DNA of 64,000 nucleotides from Bacteroidales bacterium (GCA_016287875.1 JAEEXQ010000005.1:5909-69908); one strand, 5' to 3'. Positions 7,728-18,100 are shown, numbered from the stretch's first letter. Program-made: numbers and translations. Notes: a model not told the origin generated them from the letters alone.

Positions 7728-9171
7728 CTTTTCGGTGCCAGCAGAAGAACAGCGCAAGCGCGGCCAGGAAGGTTCCGAAGCCCAGAGACAAGTTGATGGA
7801 AGCGGGCAGATGGAAGCCTGTCTTGTCGATGCAGATGAATGTCAGGCACACCGCCGACATAAAGGCGGCGGGCAGCAGCGTAAGAAGATACCAGGACCCC
7901 TTCTTGTTCTTGACCAGATACACGGTGGCCGTCCAGAGGGCGAATGTCGCCAGCGTCTGGTTGGCCCAGCCGAAGTAACGCCAGATAATGTTGAAACCGT
8001 CGGCGTTGGCTACATTGAACCAAAGCAGGGCGGAGGCGGCGACGAACAGGGGAATCCCCACCATAAGACGGTTGTGCACAGGCTTCTGGTCCACTTTCAC
8101 GAAGTCGGCGATGATGAGCCTGGCGCTGCGGAAGGCGGTATCTCCGCTGGTGATGGGCGCAGCGACTACCCCCAGCACAGCGAGTATGCCTCCCAGAATT
8201 CCCAGCCAGCTCTGGGATACCTTGGTGACCACAGTCGGAGCGGCAGCGCCGAGGTCGGACCCCACTTCGGCGGCTCCTCCGTCGAAGAAGAAATAGGATG
8301 ATACCGCCGCCCATATCAGGGCCACCAGTCCTTCGGTAATCATCGATCCGTAGAATACCGGCCGGCCTAGTTTCTCGTTCTTAAGGCAACGTGCCATCAG
8401 CGGGCTCTGGGTAGCGTGGAATCCGCTTATGGCCCCGCAGGCGATGGTAATGAAGAGGCAGGGGAATATGGGCTGCCCTTTCAGGCCAATGGAAGGCCCG
8501 CGGTTCTGTAGTCCGTCCCATATTTCGGGAAGGCTGGGCCATTTTATGAAGAGGCAGACCATCAGGGCGGCCGCCATGAACAGCAGGGCGATGGCGAATA
8601 CCGGATATATCTTGCCTATTATCTTGTCGATGGGAAGCAGGGTGGCGACTATGTAATAGATGAAGATGATGCCCACCCAGAGCATTATGGCCGCACGGGA
8701 GCCGTCGCCTGCCATATCGCCGAGTATCAGGGCGGGGCTATAGACGAATACCGTACCCACAAGAAGAAGGAGCACTACCGAGAATACCAGCATCACCTTC
8801 CTGGTGCCGTTTCCCAGATAGCTGCCTACCAGTTCCGGAAGCCCTGCTCCGCCGTGGCGCAGCGAGAGCATACCCACGAAATAATCGTGCACGGCACCCG
8901 CGAATATGCATCCCAGCACTATCCAGAGGTAGGATGCAGGGCCGAACTTGGCTCCCATTATAGCACCGAATATGGGCCCCGTTCCTGCTATGTTAAGGAA
9001 CTGTATCATAAACACCTTCCAGGTGGGAAGGGGGATGAAATCCACTCCGTCGGTCTTGCTGATGGCGGGGGTGACGCGATTGGGATCCGGGGAGAAAACC
9101 CTGTCCACAAATGCTCCGTAGAGGGCATAGCCCAGTATCAGGGCCACGATACAAAGTAGGAACGATAGCAT
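7717..9171 (-). CDS. cstA: Carbon starvation protein A family (peptide/pyruvate transporter)
   Basis: Multi-pass membrane protein with NIAGTGPIFG, GAVHDY, ACGAISGFHATQSP and APITSGDTAFRS motifs. Confidence 0.92.
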   Translation of the reverse strand: MLSFLLCIVALILGYALYGAFVDRVFSPDPNRVTPAISKTDGVDFIPLPTWKVFMIQFLNIAGTGPIFGAIMGAKFGPASYLWIVLGCIFAGAVHDYFVGMLSLRHGGAGLPELVGSYLGNGTRKVMLVFSVVLLLLVGTVFVYSPALILGDMAGDGSRAAIMLWVGIIFIYYIVATLLPIDKIIGKIYPVFAIALLFMAAALMVCLFIKWPSLPEIWDGLQNRGPSIGLKGQPIFPCLFITIACGAISGFHATQSPLMARCLKNEKLGRPVFYGSMITEGLVALIWAAVSSYFFFDGGAAEVGSDLGAAAPTVVTKVSQSWLGILGGILAVLGVVAAPITSGDTAFRSARLIIADFVKVDQKPVHNRLMVGIPLFVAASALLWFNVANADGFNIIWRYFGWANQTLATFALWTATVYLVKNKKGSWYLLTLLPAAFMSAVCLTFICIDKTGFHLPASINLSLGFGTFLAALALFFCWHRKVCK

Positions 9172-9192
9172 GGTGCAGTGTTATTGGCTATA

Positions 9193-9221
9193 CAAAAATA
9201 GCAAAAAAAACACTACCTTTG
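9193..9221. promoter_or_regulatory. Divergent -7 promoter boxes for cstA and the hdr-like operon
   Basis: TATTTTTG on minus (9200-9193) and TACCTTTG on plus (9214-9221). Confidence 0.6.
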
Positions 9222-9238
9222 ACTGATATACGTGTACT

Positions 9239-9949
9239 ATGGGTAAACTATACGACGAACTTAAGGAGGATTACCGCTTCAAGGAAGGGCTGAAGACCTG
9301 CATCAACTGCGGGACTTGCACGGCCATCTGCCCTGCGGCGGAATTCTATAAATATGACCCGCGCAAAATCGTGGACACCGTGCAGCGCAAGGATGAGGAG
9401 GGGATACTGGAACTGCTCAAGAGCGAGACAATCTGGTATTGCGGCGAGTGTATGTCCTGCGTCACCCGCTGCCCCCGCGGCAACGGCCCCGGTCTGGTGG
9501 TGATGGCCCTGCGCAATCTCTCCACCAAGCTCGGCTACTTTACGGAGTCCGAAAAGGGCCGCCAGCTATATCCGCTTACCAAAGCTCTCACCGGCAATAT
9601 CCTGAACCTGGGCTATTGCGTGCATCCCGATACATTCGTTTTCCGGGACCATCCCGAGTCCGGACCCGTATTCGAATGGGTGCTGGAGCACAAGCAAGAT
9701 GTTTACAATCGTATGGGCGCCGCATACGGGCGCCAGGGCGAAGGTGCTCTGCGCATCATCCCCCAGGAGGATCTGGATGAGCTGAAAGCCATATTCGATG
9801 AAACCGGAGGCACCGAACGCATTGAGTTGGTGGAAAAGTACTCCGAAAAGAAGGCGGCCGAGATGGGGATGACTATGGAAGAATACAGGAAATATACCTT
9901 CGAGCACTGCTCCAGAGGGCATTTCAACAACGAGGAGGCTGGAATATGA
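9239..9949 (+). CDS. HdrC-like 4Fe-4S dicluster protein
   Basis: CINCGTCTAICP and CGECMSCVTRCP ferredoxin motifs. Confidence 0.85.
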   Translation: MGKLYDELKEDYRFKEGLKTCINCGTCTAICPAAEFYKYDPRKIVDTVQRKDEEGILELLKSETIWYCGECMSCVTRCPRGNGPGLVVMALRNLSTKLGYFTESEKGRQLYPLTKALTGNILNLGYCVHPDTFVFRDHPESGPVFEWVLEHKQDVYNRMGAAYGRQGEGALRIIPQEDLDELKAIFDETGGTERIELVEKYSEKKAAEMGMTMEEYRKYTFEHCSRGHFNNEEAGI

Positions 9950-11016
9950 TATATCAAGGCAAACAGAAGATTTGGTCGGATTATCAGAAGGAAATCCCGG
10001 ACGACCACTGGTTCTACGTGCGCAGTTGCATACGCCAGAGTTTCTTCCCCGCGTCGGAATATTATTTCCTGAAGATTTGCCGGGATATGCTGGGCCGCGA
10101 CATCTATGAATCCGCGCACCATACCACCTGTGCCGGCATAGCCTACCACTGCGATACCATCCCCCAGGAGACTGCGATGACCGTGGTCGCCCGGCAGTTC
10201 GCGCTGATGACCGAGGCCGGATACAAGAATCTCGTGACTTCCTGCATCACTTCGTTCGGCAATTATTGCGAGATACTTGAAACCTGGCGGGAATTCCCTG
10301 AACTGGAGGCTCGCATACGCGAAAAGCTGTGGAAAGCCTGTCGCCGCGAGTTCGAAAAACCGGAGTACATCGCCCACGCCAGCGACCTGGTGTACAAGCT
10401 CCGCGATGAAATCGCCGCCCGTGCGAAATACCGTCTGGTCGATGCCGCAAGCGGCGAGCCTCTGAGGGTGGTGGAGCACATAGGCTGCCACTATTCCAAG
10501 ATGTTCCCCCACAAGGGCGTCGGCGGGGCCGAGTACCCCTGCGTGCTGAGCGGAATGGCTGAAGCCTGGGGAGGAAAGGTCATAGACTATCCCGAGCGCC
10601 GTCATTGCTGCGGATTCGGTTTCCGTCAGTACTTCGTGAAAGCCAACCGCGGATACTCCGTTTCCAACACCCACAAGAAGTTCGAATCGATGGAGCCTTA
10701 CCATCCTGATGTGATAATCACCAACTGCCCCGGATGCCCTTATTTCCTGGACCGTTGGCAGTACGTCATCGCGGAGCAGGAGGGCAAGACCTACGGCGAG
10801 GGAGGCCGGGGGATCCCGGTCCTGACCTATGAGGAACTCGCCGGCATAGTGCTGGGCGTGGATCCATGGGACCTCGGCCTTCAGATGCATCAGGTAAGCC
10901 CCGAGCCTCTTCTTGACAAGATGGGCGTGGAATACGACCCTTCCAGGAAGTATCTCGGCCTCGACGAGAAGGACATACTCAAACCCGGACTTCCCACGGT
11001 CCTGAAATGCTGCTAA
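9946..11016 (+). CDS. HdrB-like CCG-domain protein
   Basis: HTTCAG, SCITS..NYC, HIGCHY, RRHCCGFG and TNCPGCP motifs. Confidence 0.85.
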   Translation: MIYQGKQKIWSDYQKEIPDDHWFYVRSCIRQSFFPASEYYFLKICRDMLGRDIYESAHHTTCAGIAYHCDTIPQETAMTVVARQFALMTEAGYKNLVTSCITSFGNYCEILETWREFPELEARIREKLWKACRREFEKPEYIAHASDLVYKLRDEIAARAKYRLVDAASGEPLRVVEHIGCHYSKMFPHKGVGGAEYPCVLSGMAEAWGGKVIDYPERRHCCGFGFRQYFVKANRGYSVSNTHKKFESMEPYHPDVIITNCPGCPYFLDRWQYVIAEQEGKTYGEGGRGIPVLTYEELAGIVLGVDPWDLGLQMHQVSPEPLLDKMGVEYDPSRKYLGLDEKDILKPGLPTVLKCC

Positions 11017-11017
11017 G

Positions 11018-12040
11018 ATGAAGTCTAACAACGATATACTGATAGTAGGCGGCGGAATAGCCGGTATGGAGACCGCCCGCCAGCTCAAGGCACTTGGCCT
11101 GAGTCCCGTGATAGTGGAGAAGAGCTCTTCGCTAGGGGGCCACGTCGCCAATTGGAACTGCCTGTTCCCGGATATGACCCCCACCCGCAAACTGCTGGCC
11201 CAGTACGAGGAGGAACTCAAGGATGTGCTGGTTTATACGGATACTGAAATCGTATCGATCAACAGGCTTCAGAAAGGCTATTCCATAGTTTTGAGCAATG
11301 GAACGGTACACCCTTGCAAGTCCGTGGTTTTCGCCACCGGCTTCAAGCTTTTCGAAGCGGAAAAGAAAGAGGAATACGGCTACGGGATTTATGACCACGT
11401 CATAACTAACGCCGACCTGGAAGCCTGGTTCGAAACCGGGAGCGACGAGAGGGTCCCCGAAAAGCCTGCCGCGATAGGATTCGTGCACTGCGTCGGATCC
11501 CGCGACATCAAGGCCGGCAATACCCAGTGCTCCAAGGTCTGCTGCATAACGGCCATCAAGCAGGCCATCGAGATGAAGGAAAAGTTCCCGAATGCCGAGA
11601 TATATTGCTTCTATATGGATCTGAGGCTGTTCGGGAAGAAATACGAGGACTTCTACATCAACGCCCAGCGCGACTTCGGCATACATTTCATCCGCGGCCG
11701 TGTCTCTGAGGTTTCCGAAACCATAGATGGGCGTGTGATGGTGAAGGCGGAAGATACCCTTGCCGGCAAACCGGTCAAAGTCCGCCTCGACCTTCTGGTG
11801 CTGATGGCCGGAATAGTCTGCAACAAGGAGAACCACGCCCTGGCATCCGCTGTCCAGATGCCTGTGGATGACGACGGATTCTTCCGTAGCCGGGACAATA
11901 TCGCCGCCATAACCGAATCCGACAAGGACGGCATCTTCTTCGCCGGCACCTGTACCGGCCCCAAGACCATCCCCGAAACCTTGGCCGAGGCCCGCAGTGC
12001 GGCACTGAACGTGTATAACTACCTGAAAAAGAGCAAGTAA
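11018..12040 (+). CDS. Short HdrA-like FAD/Fe-S subunit
   Basis: IVGGGIAG Rossmann motif, HCVGSRD...CSKVCC, FYMDLR and GIFFAGTCTGPKTIPET. Confidence 0.85.
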   Translation: MKSNNDILIVGGGIAGMETARQLKALGLSPVIVEKSSSLGGHVANWNCLFPDMTPTRKLLAQYEEELKDVLVYTDTEIVSINRLQKGYSIVLSNGTVHPCKSVVFATGFKLFEAEKKEEYGYGIYDHVITNADLEAWFETGSDERVPEKPAAIGFVHCVGSRDIKAGNTQCSKVCCITAIKQAIEMKEKFPNAEIYCFYMDLRLFGKKYEDFYINAQRDFGIHFIRGRVSEVSETIDGRVMVKAEDTLAGKPVKVRLDLLVLMAGIVCNKENHALASAVQMPVDDDGFFRSRDNIAAITESDKDGIFFAGTCTGPKTIPETLAEARSAALNVYNYLKKSK

Positions 12041-12378
12041 TGGATTTTGGCTTCGGATTGACACCCAGCTCTGCCATTGAGCTCGACAAAGTGGATCTGT
12101 CCTTGTACGGAAAACTGTGCAGGATAGAGCCCGGTGCGCGCACCTGCATTGCCTGCGGCAGCTGCAGCGCCACCTGCTCCGCCTCCGCTTATTCGGGTAT
12201 GAGCGTCCGCAAGCTGCTGCTGGACCTGCAGCGCGGCAGGATGCAGGAAGTGGAACAGATGCTCTCGCATTGTATGCTCTGCGGCAAATGCACCATGGTA
12301 TGCCCCAGGGGAATCAATACCCGCCGGGTGATACTCACCGTCTGCCGTCTTTACGATAACGTGGAGGGCCAGCTATGA
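12040..12378 (+). CDS. Small 4Fe-4S dicluster protein
   Basis: CIACGSCSATCS and CMLCGKCTMVCP. Confidence 0.8.
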   Translation: MDFGFGLTPSSAIELDKVDLSLYGKLCRIEPGARTCIACGSCSATCSASAYSGMSVRKLLLDLQRGRMQEVEQMLSHCMLCGKCTMVCPRGINTRRVILTVCRLYDNVEGQL

Positions 12379-14180
12379 TAGACCGCATCTCATCCGGATT
12401 CCATCCTTTCGTGCTGCCTTTCGTGGTGGGAATGGTGTTCGTGCTGGCTTACTGCCTCTACGGCTTCATACGCATAATGATACAGCTTCCCGGTGAAGAC
12501 AGGCGCAAGGTGCTTGTCTCGCTGGTTACCCCCAGGACTGCGTGGAAGAACATCAAGGACATCTTCCTTAACTGCCTGCTGCACGTGAAGCTATGGAAGC
12601 GCAACAAGGTGCTGGGCTATATGCACTCCAGCATAGCTTTCGGATGGTTCATGATCATAGTGCTGGGACATATAGAAGTGATGCTCTTCATCCCGCAACG
12701 CATACATTTCTTCTATTATCCCATCTTCTTCAACTTCTTTGTCGCGGAAGGGGAGAATACCATCCAGGGAGCGGTGCTGTTTTTCCTGATGGACTTCTTC
12801 CTGCTGATGATACTGAGCGGAATAACCCTTGCCATCATCAAGCGAGTGAGGTCCCGTATCTTCGGGATGCGCCGTACTACGAGGCTAAGCCTCCTGGACA
12901 GCGTAGGCCTCTATTCCCTATGGGCCATCTTCCCTCTGCGCCTGCTCAGCGAGAGTTTCACCGCGCATATCAGCGGGGGAAGCTTCCTGACCATACCTAT
13001 GAACTGGATTTTCCGCCAGTTCCTCGGGAACGACCTTAACTATATGCCAACCTGGTGGGCATATTCGATAGCTCTGGGCATTTTTATGAGCGTGCTGCCA
13101 TTCACCAGGTATATGCATATCCCGGCGGAAATGCTACTGATACCCCTACGTAATGCGGGTCTCAAGATACTCCATCCCCGCAAGGGCTATGCCCGGGTGC
13201 AGTTCTATTCTTGCCCCGCCTGCGGCGTGTGCATAGATGCGTGCCCTATGAGCGTGCGCAAGGAGAATCTCCGGGATTGCACGGTCTATCTCAACCGCCA
13301 GCTGCGCCGCGGCAACGAGAAGCGCATAGAGGAAATCAGCGACAAGTGTCTTATGTGCGGCAAGTGCTCGGTGGTGTGCCAGGTCCAGGTGGACGGGCCC
13401 CAGATGCGCCTCGCCCAGCGTGCAATGCGTTCCTACGGCATCAACCAGCATTATTCCAGGATATCTGCCGAAGAGCATATCAACCGCATAGGTAACGGGA
13501 AGGTGCTTTATTTCGCCGGATGTATGACACATCTGACTCCTTCGATCATCAAATCCACCACGGCCCTTCTGGACAAGGCCGGGGTATCCTGGACGATGAT
13601 GGATCCGGAAGGAGGCCTGTGCTGTGGCCGTCCTATGCTGCTGGCAGGCCGGCGCGAGCAGGCCCGCGAGATGGTGCGTATCAACAGGGAGATAATCAAG
13701 GCCTCCGGCTGCGACATACTGCTGCTCAGCTGCCCTATCTGCTATAAGATATTCAAGGAGAAATATAAGCTCTCAGGCATCTACGTGGTGCATCACAGCG
13801 TTTTCTTCGACGAACTGATACATTCCCAGAGGCTGCACGTCAGCAAGGACGAGTCCCTGAAACTTGCCTACCACGACCCTTGCGAACTAGGGCGCGGCTG
13901 CGGCATATACGATGCTCCAAGGTCGGCCGTTTCTGCCGTAGGAAAGCTAGTGGAAGCCGGGAAGAACCGCGAGGAAAGCATATGCTGCGGTGGCTCGCTG
14001 GGGAGCATCTCGCTCAGTTACGAAAAGCGCAAGGACATTACTCTGAATTCCTTGCGCAATATGACAGTCGCCGGTCCGGATACCATCGTGACCGCGTGCC
14101 CTCTGTGCCAGAGCACATTCGGCAAGTATTCCGATGTGCCGGTTAAAGATATCTCCCAGGTTATAGACGAGGCTAGCTGA
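12375..14180 (+). CDS. Membrane-anchored Fe-S oxidoreductase (NarI-like TM region + 2x[4Fe-4S] + two CCG domains; HdrE/HdrD-like fusion)
   Basis: Several hydrophobic helices in the N-terminal half, then CPACGVCIDACP, CLMCGKCSVVCQ, LCCG, YHDPCELGR, ICCGG and TACPLC. Confidence 0.82.
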   Translation: MIDRISSGFHPFVLPFVVGMVFVLAYCLYGFIRIMIQLPGEDRRKVLVSLVTPRTAWKNIKDIFLNCLLHVKLWKRNKVLGYMHSSIAFGWFMIIVLGHIEVMLFIPQRIHFFYYPIFFNFFVAEGENTIQGAVLFFLMDFFLLMILSGITLAIIKRVRSRIFGMRRTTRLSLLDSVGLYSLWAIFPLRLLSESFTAHISGGSFLTIPMNWIFRQFLGNDLNYMPTWWAYSIALGIFMSVLPFTRYMHIPAEMLLIPLRNAGLKILHPRKGYARVQFYSCPACGVCIDACPMSVRKENLRDCTVYLNRQLRRGNEKRIEEISDKCLMCGKCSVVCQVQVDGPQMRLAQRAMRSYGINQHYSRISAEEHINRIGNGKVLYFAGCMTHLTPSIIKSTTALLDKAGVSWTMMDPEGGLCCGRPMLLAGRREQAREMVRINREIIKASGCDILLLSCPICYKIFKEKYKLSGIYVVHHSVFFDELIHSQRLHVSKDESLKLAYHDPCELGRGCGIYDAPRSAVSAVGKLVEAGKNREESICCGGSLGSISLSYEKRKDITLNSLRNMTVAGPDTIVTACPLCQSTFGKYSDVPVKDISQVIDEAS

Positions 14181-16164
14181 GTAAGGAGTTGATGGCCTTC
14201 TCTCCCAGTTCGGTCTTGCTCTTGATGTGGTCGAGCACCGAACGCACGAAGTCGTTGCTCTCGAAATCCCCGCGCACCTGTTCGAAGTCGCTTTCTTTCT
14301 GTTCCTTGTCGCCATCCGCACCGAAACCGGTCTTGGCAGCGAGGTTGAACTCCTTGCGGGCATCTTCGTAAACCATCTGGTCCAGGCTCACTACGGCCTT
14401 CTTCCAGGTCTCGATGAGGCGTATGGCATCTTCCTTGGTCATCTTGGAGGGATTGATGCCGTAGATCTGCTGGATGTGCTGGAAGGCCCAGGTCCACTCG
14501 TATTTGTAGTAGTTGTCGGCCATAGTGCGGAAAGCCGCCTGCATCTCGCCCAGGCTGGTGATTTCCTCTCTCTCTATACCGTTCATCAGGGCTGCTATCT
14601 CGCTCTTGGGAGCTATCAGGCCGCTGATGTCCACCCATTCGCCGGAACCTATGGGAGTGTCCGGACGGAGCCTGGCCTGGAGCTGGGCTTCGTTAAGGGG
14701 ATTGAGGCTGCCGTCTTCCTCCTGTATGCGGGAGATGAGCGAGTTGCCCATGAACTTGTCTATGGCTATGCGGTACAGCTCGAGCCCGCGCTTGAGGGCG
14801 GAGTTGGTGATCTTCACGCTATGGAAGGAATAGACGTCCGACAGCTCTCCGCTGGCGTGCTTCAGGTTCTCGAGGGTCTGCACGCCCTTTATCATCTTCT
14901 GGATGGTGAAGGGGGAGAGGAGGTTGTAGTTGATCAGGTCGAATTTCTCCGCACCGCTGCGCCCGTCGCGCTTGGGCCATTTCTTGGCATCGCGGATGGT
15001 GCCTACGCTGCGCAGGTTGACGCCCGGGGCAAGGTAGGAGGTCTCACCCTTTTCTATCAGATAGGAGAAGGGCAGATTGGTGGTGTCGGAGTGGGTCACG
15101 TGGCGGCCCATCACAAGGGAGAATGCTCCCACGCGGGCAGGCCAGAGGATGTAGGAGTCGGAGGATGTCTTGGCTCCGCGCTCCAGGGTGCCCTGATGTA
15201 TGGGGCCCAGTTTGTACATATGGTTGCTCTGGTTCGAGCCGGACCCAGCGTTCATAAAGGAGAACATTCCTGCTATCAGCAGGGTACTCTTATGGTGGGT
15301 GACTGTGTAGGGCCCCGCGAAGATGGCGCAGGCTTCTCCGTTCTCTCCCTGACAGTTGCAGAAGAAGAGGGAATCGCTGGCGGAATAGCCGTGCCCGAAG
15401 CGGCAGGCCTGGCCAACGAAACAACGGGTGAGGCTGGCGGCCTCGGTGACGGAGCTGTTGCCGGATATGATGAAATCCTCGCAGATGACGCTCTGGCCTA
15501 TCTTGACGGGGGCATCCGCCGAACTGTTCACCGAACCGTTCACCAGCAGGGAAGCACCGTCGATTTCGGCGGCTTCACCTATGCGCACGTTTCGGATTTC
15601 GGCTGTGCCGCAGATGGATGCGTTCCTGCCGACGCTGCCGCGGGACGAACGGACGGAACGGACATAGCTGTCCACGATGGCGTTCATCTTCTCCACGAAG
15701 ACGGGACGGTGGCGGTACATAGCTATCATATAGGCCTCGTGGGAGGAGAGGGTATCGTGGATGGTGACCTCGCGGCCGCCGGTCTCGTTGAGCACGGACA
15801 CCTTCACTCCGTTGCCGAAGCTGCTCTCGCCCTCGGTGAACATCTTGCCCACGTTGTCGATGAGCACGCCATCCGCTATGTCGTAGTTGGCTATGTATTC
15901 GCGTACCGAACGGATGCAGCAGTCATCTCCCACGCTTACGTTGTGCAGGGTGGCGTCCCAGATGCCGCTGTGGCGCCGTATGCCTCCCGCAAGGGTGAAG
16001 CTCTTGTTGAAACTGCCCAGGCGTACCTCTCCGCTGAAGCAGACGCGGAAAATGTTTTCAGCGCTGAATGCGGGGCTTACCTTTATGTTGTTCCAGTCTT
16101 CCGCCGTGCAGCCGTTCTGGCTGAGGACGGATATTTCTTCTTGGGTAAGATTTCTGTATTGCAT
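14173..16164 (-). CDS. DUF4954 family protein (left-handed beta-helix-like)
   Basis: Length and motifs (VLNETGGREV, GPYTVTHHKSTLLIAG, NAGSGSNQSNHMYKLGPIHQG) resemble the conserved Bacteroidetes DUF4954 family as recalled. Confidence 0.75.
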   Translation of the reverse strand: MQYRNLTQEEISVLSQNGCTAEDWNNIKVSPAFSAENIFRVCFSGEVRLGSFNKSFTLAGGIRRHSGIWDATLHNVSVGDDCCIRSVREYIANYDIADGVLIDNVGKMFTEGESSFGNGVKVSVLNETGGREVTIHDTLSSHEAYMIAMYRHRPVFVEKMNAIVDSYVRSVRSSRGSVGRNASICGTAEIRNVRIGEAAEIDGASLLVNGSVNSSADAPVKIGQSVICEDFIISGNSSVTEAASLTRCFVGQACRFGHGYSASDSLFFCNCQGENGEACAIFAGPYTVTHHKSTLLIAGMFSFMNAGSGSNQSNHMYKLGPIHQGTLERGAKTSSDSYILWPARVGAFSLVMGRHVTHSDTTNLPFSYLIEKGETSYLAPGVNLRSVGTIRDAKKWPKRDGRSGAEKFDLINYNLLSPFTIQKMIKGVQTLENLKHASGELSDVYSFHSVKITNSALKRGLELYRIAIDKFMGNSLISRIQEEDGSLNPLNEAQLQARLRPDTPIGSGEWVDISGLIAPKSEIAALMNGIEREEITSLGEMQAAFRTMADNYYKYEWTWAFQHIQQIYGINPSKMTKEDAIRLIETWKKAVVSLDQMVYEDARKEFNLAAKTGFGADGDKEQKESDFEQVRGDFESNDFVRSVLDHIKSKTELGEKAINSLLS

Positions 16165-16170
16165 CTTTAA

Positions 16171-18021
16171 TTATTCTACGGTGACACTTTTCGCCAGGTT
16201 CCTGGGCTGGTCGACGTTGAGGCCCTTGGCGACTGCGATATGATATGCCAGCAGCTGGAGAGGTACTACGGATACCAGGGGAGAGAGGAAGTTGGCGGTA
16301 TGGGGCACTTCGATGATATGCTCGGCTATGCCTTTTACGACCGTATCCCCCTCGCTCACGATGGCAAGCACGCGGCCCTTGCGGGCGGCCACCTCCTGCA
16401 TGTTGCTGAGAATCTTCTCGTACAAATTATGATGGGTTGCGATGAACACCACGGGCATATCCTCGTCCACGAGGGCGATGGGGCCGTGCTTCATCTCGGC
16501 GGCGGGATAACCCTCCGCGTGTATGTAGCTGATTTCCTTGAGCTTGAGGGCGCCTTCGAGGGCTACGGGGTAGTTCATCCCGCGGCCCAGGTAGAGGAAG
16601 TTCTTCTTCTGGGCGTATTCCTGGGCGAGGGCCTTGATCTCGTCGTTCTTGGCGAGTATGCGCTCTATTTTCTCCGGGATGGCCTCGAGTTCGGTGATGG
16701 CGTCATTGTAGTCGGCCTCGCTGATGCTGCCTTTCTCGCGGGCGATGGCCAGGGCCAGCATCGTGAGCACGGTAGTCTGGCCGGTGAAGGCCTTAGTGCT
16801 GGCCACGCCGATTTCCGGACCTACGTGGATGTAGGTGCCGGTGTCGGTCGCGCGGGCGATGCTGCTTCCTACGGCGTTCACTATTCCGAACACCATCGCA
16901 CCTCTTTCGGAAGCCATCTGGACTGCGGAAAGGGTATCTGCGGTCTCACCGCTTTGGGATATGGCGAAGACTACGTCGCCGGGGCCGACCACGGGATCGC
17001 TGTAGCGGAATTCGCTGGCGTAGGCCACTTCCACAGGGATGCGGCAGAACTGCTCTATGAGCTGCTTGCCTATCAGGGCGGCGTGCCAGGAGGTGCCGCA
17101 GCTGACCATCAGGTAGCGCCTGGCACCTATGAGTTCTTCGCGATGCTCGGTAACGGCGCTGAGTATGATGCGGTGGTGAGCGGGGAGAAGCCTGCCCCTC
17201 ATACAGTCACGCAGCACCGCAGGCTGGTCGAATATCTCCTTGAGCATGAAGTGGGGGAATCCTCCCTTGTCGAGCATCGACACGTCCAAGTCTATCTCCT
17301 TGATGCGGAAATCCACCTTGTCGGCGTTCAGGGTGGTGATGTAAGGGGCTTCGCCGCGCTTGCAGACCACTACTTCCTCGTCGTTGAGATATATGACCTT
17401 GTTGGTGTATCCGGCGATGGGGGAGGCATCGCTCGCTATGAAGAATTCGGATTCGGCTTCGCCCAGGCCCACTGCCAGAGGGCTGCTCTTGCGGGCGGCC
17501 ACTATGGTGTCGGGCTCTTTGCGGTCGATAACCGCAATGGCGTAGGCGCCTATGACCTTTTGCAGGGCAGAGCGCACTGCGCTGGCCAGGTCGGCTCCGT
17601 GCTTTTTCTGGGTGTATTCTATGAGCTGGAGGAGAACCTCGGTGTCGGTTTCGCTGCGGAAGCTGAAGCCTTTGGCCTTGAGCTGGTCGCGCAGCGAATT
17701 GGCATTCTCGATGATGCCGTTGTGAACCATGGTAAGGTCTCCGCTCTGGGAAATGTGAGGGTGGGCGTTCACCTCGTTGGGCGCTCCGTGGGTGGCCCAT
17801 CTGGTATGGGCTATTCCTATGGTCCCGGAGCAATCGTGCCCTTTGGCCGCCTGTTCCAGGTTGGAGACTTTACCAACTGCTTTGTAGATGTTCAGTTTCC
17901 CCTCGTCGTTAAGGACCGCCACACCTGCGGAATCATATCCGCGATATTCCAGACGGTGCAGGCCCCGTATAAGTATCGGATATGCCTCGCGGCATCCGAG
18001 ATAAGCTACTATTCCACACAT
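16171..18021 (-). CDS. glmS: Glutamine-fructose-6-phosphate aminotransferase
   Basis: N-terminal MCGI, HTRWATHG, SQSGETADT, EGALKLKEISYIHAEG and C-terminal PRNLAKSVTVE. Confidence 0.98.
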   Translation of the reverse strand: MCGIVAYLGCREAYPILIRGLHRLEYRGYDSAGVAVLNDEGKLNIYKAVGKVSNLEQAAKGHDCSGTIGIAHTRWATHGAPNEVNAHPHISQSGDLTMVHNGIIENANSLRDQLKAKGFSFRSETDTEVLLQLIEYTQKKHGADLASAVRSALQKVIGAYAIAVIDRKEPDTIVAARKSSPLAVGLGEAESEFFIASDASPIAGYTNKVIYLNDEEVVVCKRGEAPYITTLNADKVDFRIKEIDLDVSMLDKGGFPHFMLKEIFDQPAVLRDCMRGRLLPAHHRIILSAVTEHREELIGARRYLMVSCGTSWHAALIGKQLIEQFCRIPVEVAYASEFRYSDPVVGPGDVVFAISQSGETADTLSAVQMASERGAMVFGIVNAVGSSIARATDTGTYIHVGPEIGVASTKAFTGQTTVLTMLALAIAREKGSISEADYNDAITELEAIPEKIERILAKNDEIKALAQEYAQKKNFLYLGRGMNYPVALEGALKLKEISYIHAEGYPAAEMKHGPIALVDEDMPVVFIATHHNLYEKILSNMQEVAARKGRVLAIVSEGDTVVKGIAEHIIEVPHTANFLSPLVSVVPLQLLAYHIAVAKGLNVDQPRNLAKSVTVE

Positions 18022-18045
18022 ATTTATTCGTTCTCAAAAAACGCA

Positions 18046-18053
18046 CAAATATA
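18046..18053 (-). promoter_or_regulatory. -7 promoter box for glmS-DUF4954
   Basis: TATATTTG 24 nt upstream of the glmS ATG. Confidence 0.55.
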
Positions 18054-18100
18054 AGGAAAAAACGCAGAGTTGCGCAATATGTGGAAAGTAAATTTTGGGG

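Noticed and set aside
18022-18100. glmS ribozyme
   Set aside because: The intergenic region is 79 nt, the promoter box is 24 nt from the ATG, and no ribozyme core is visible.
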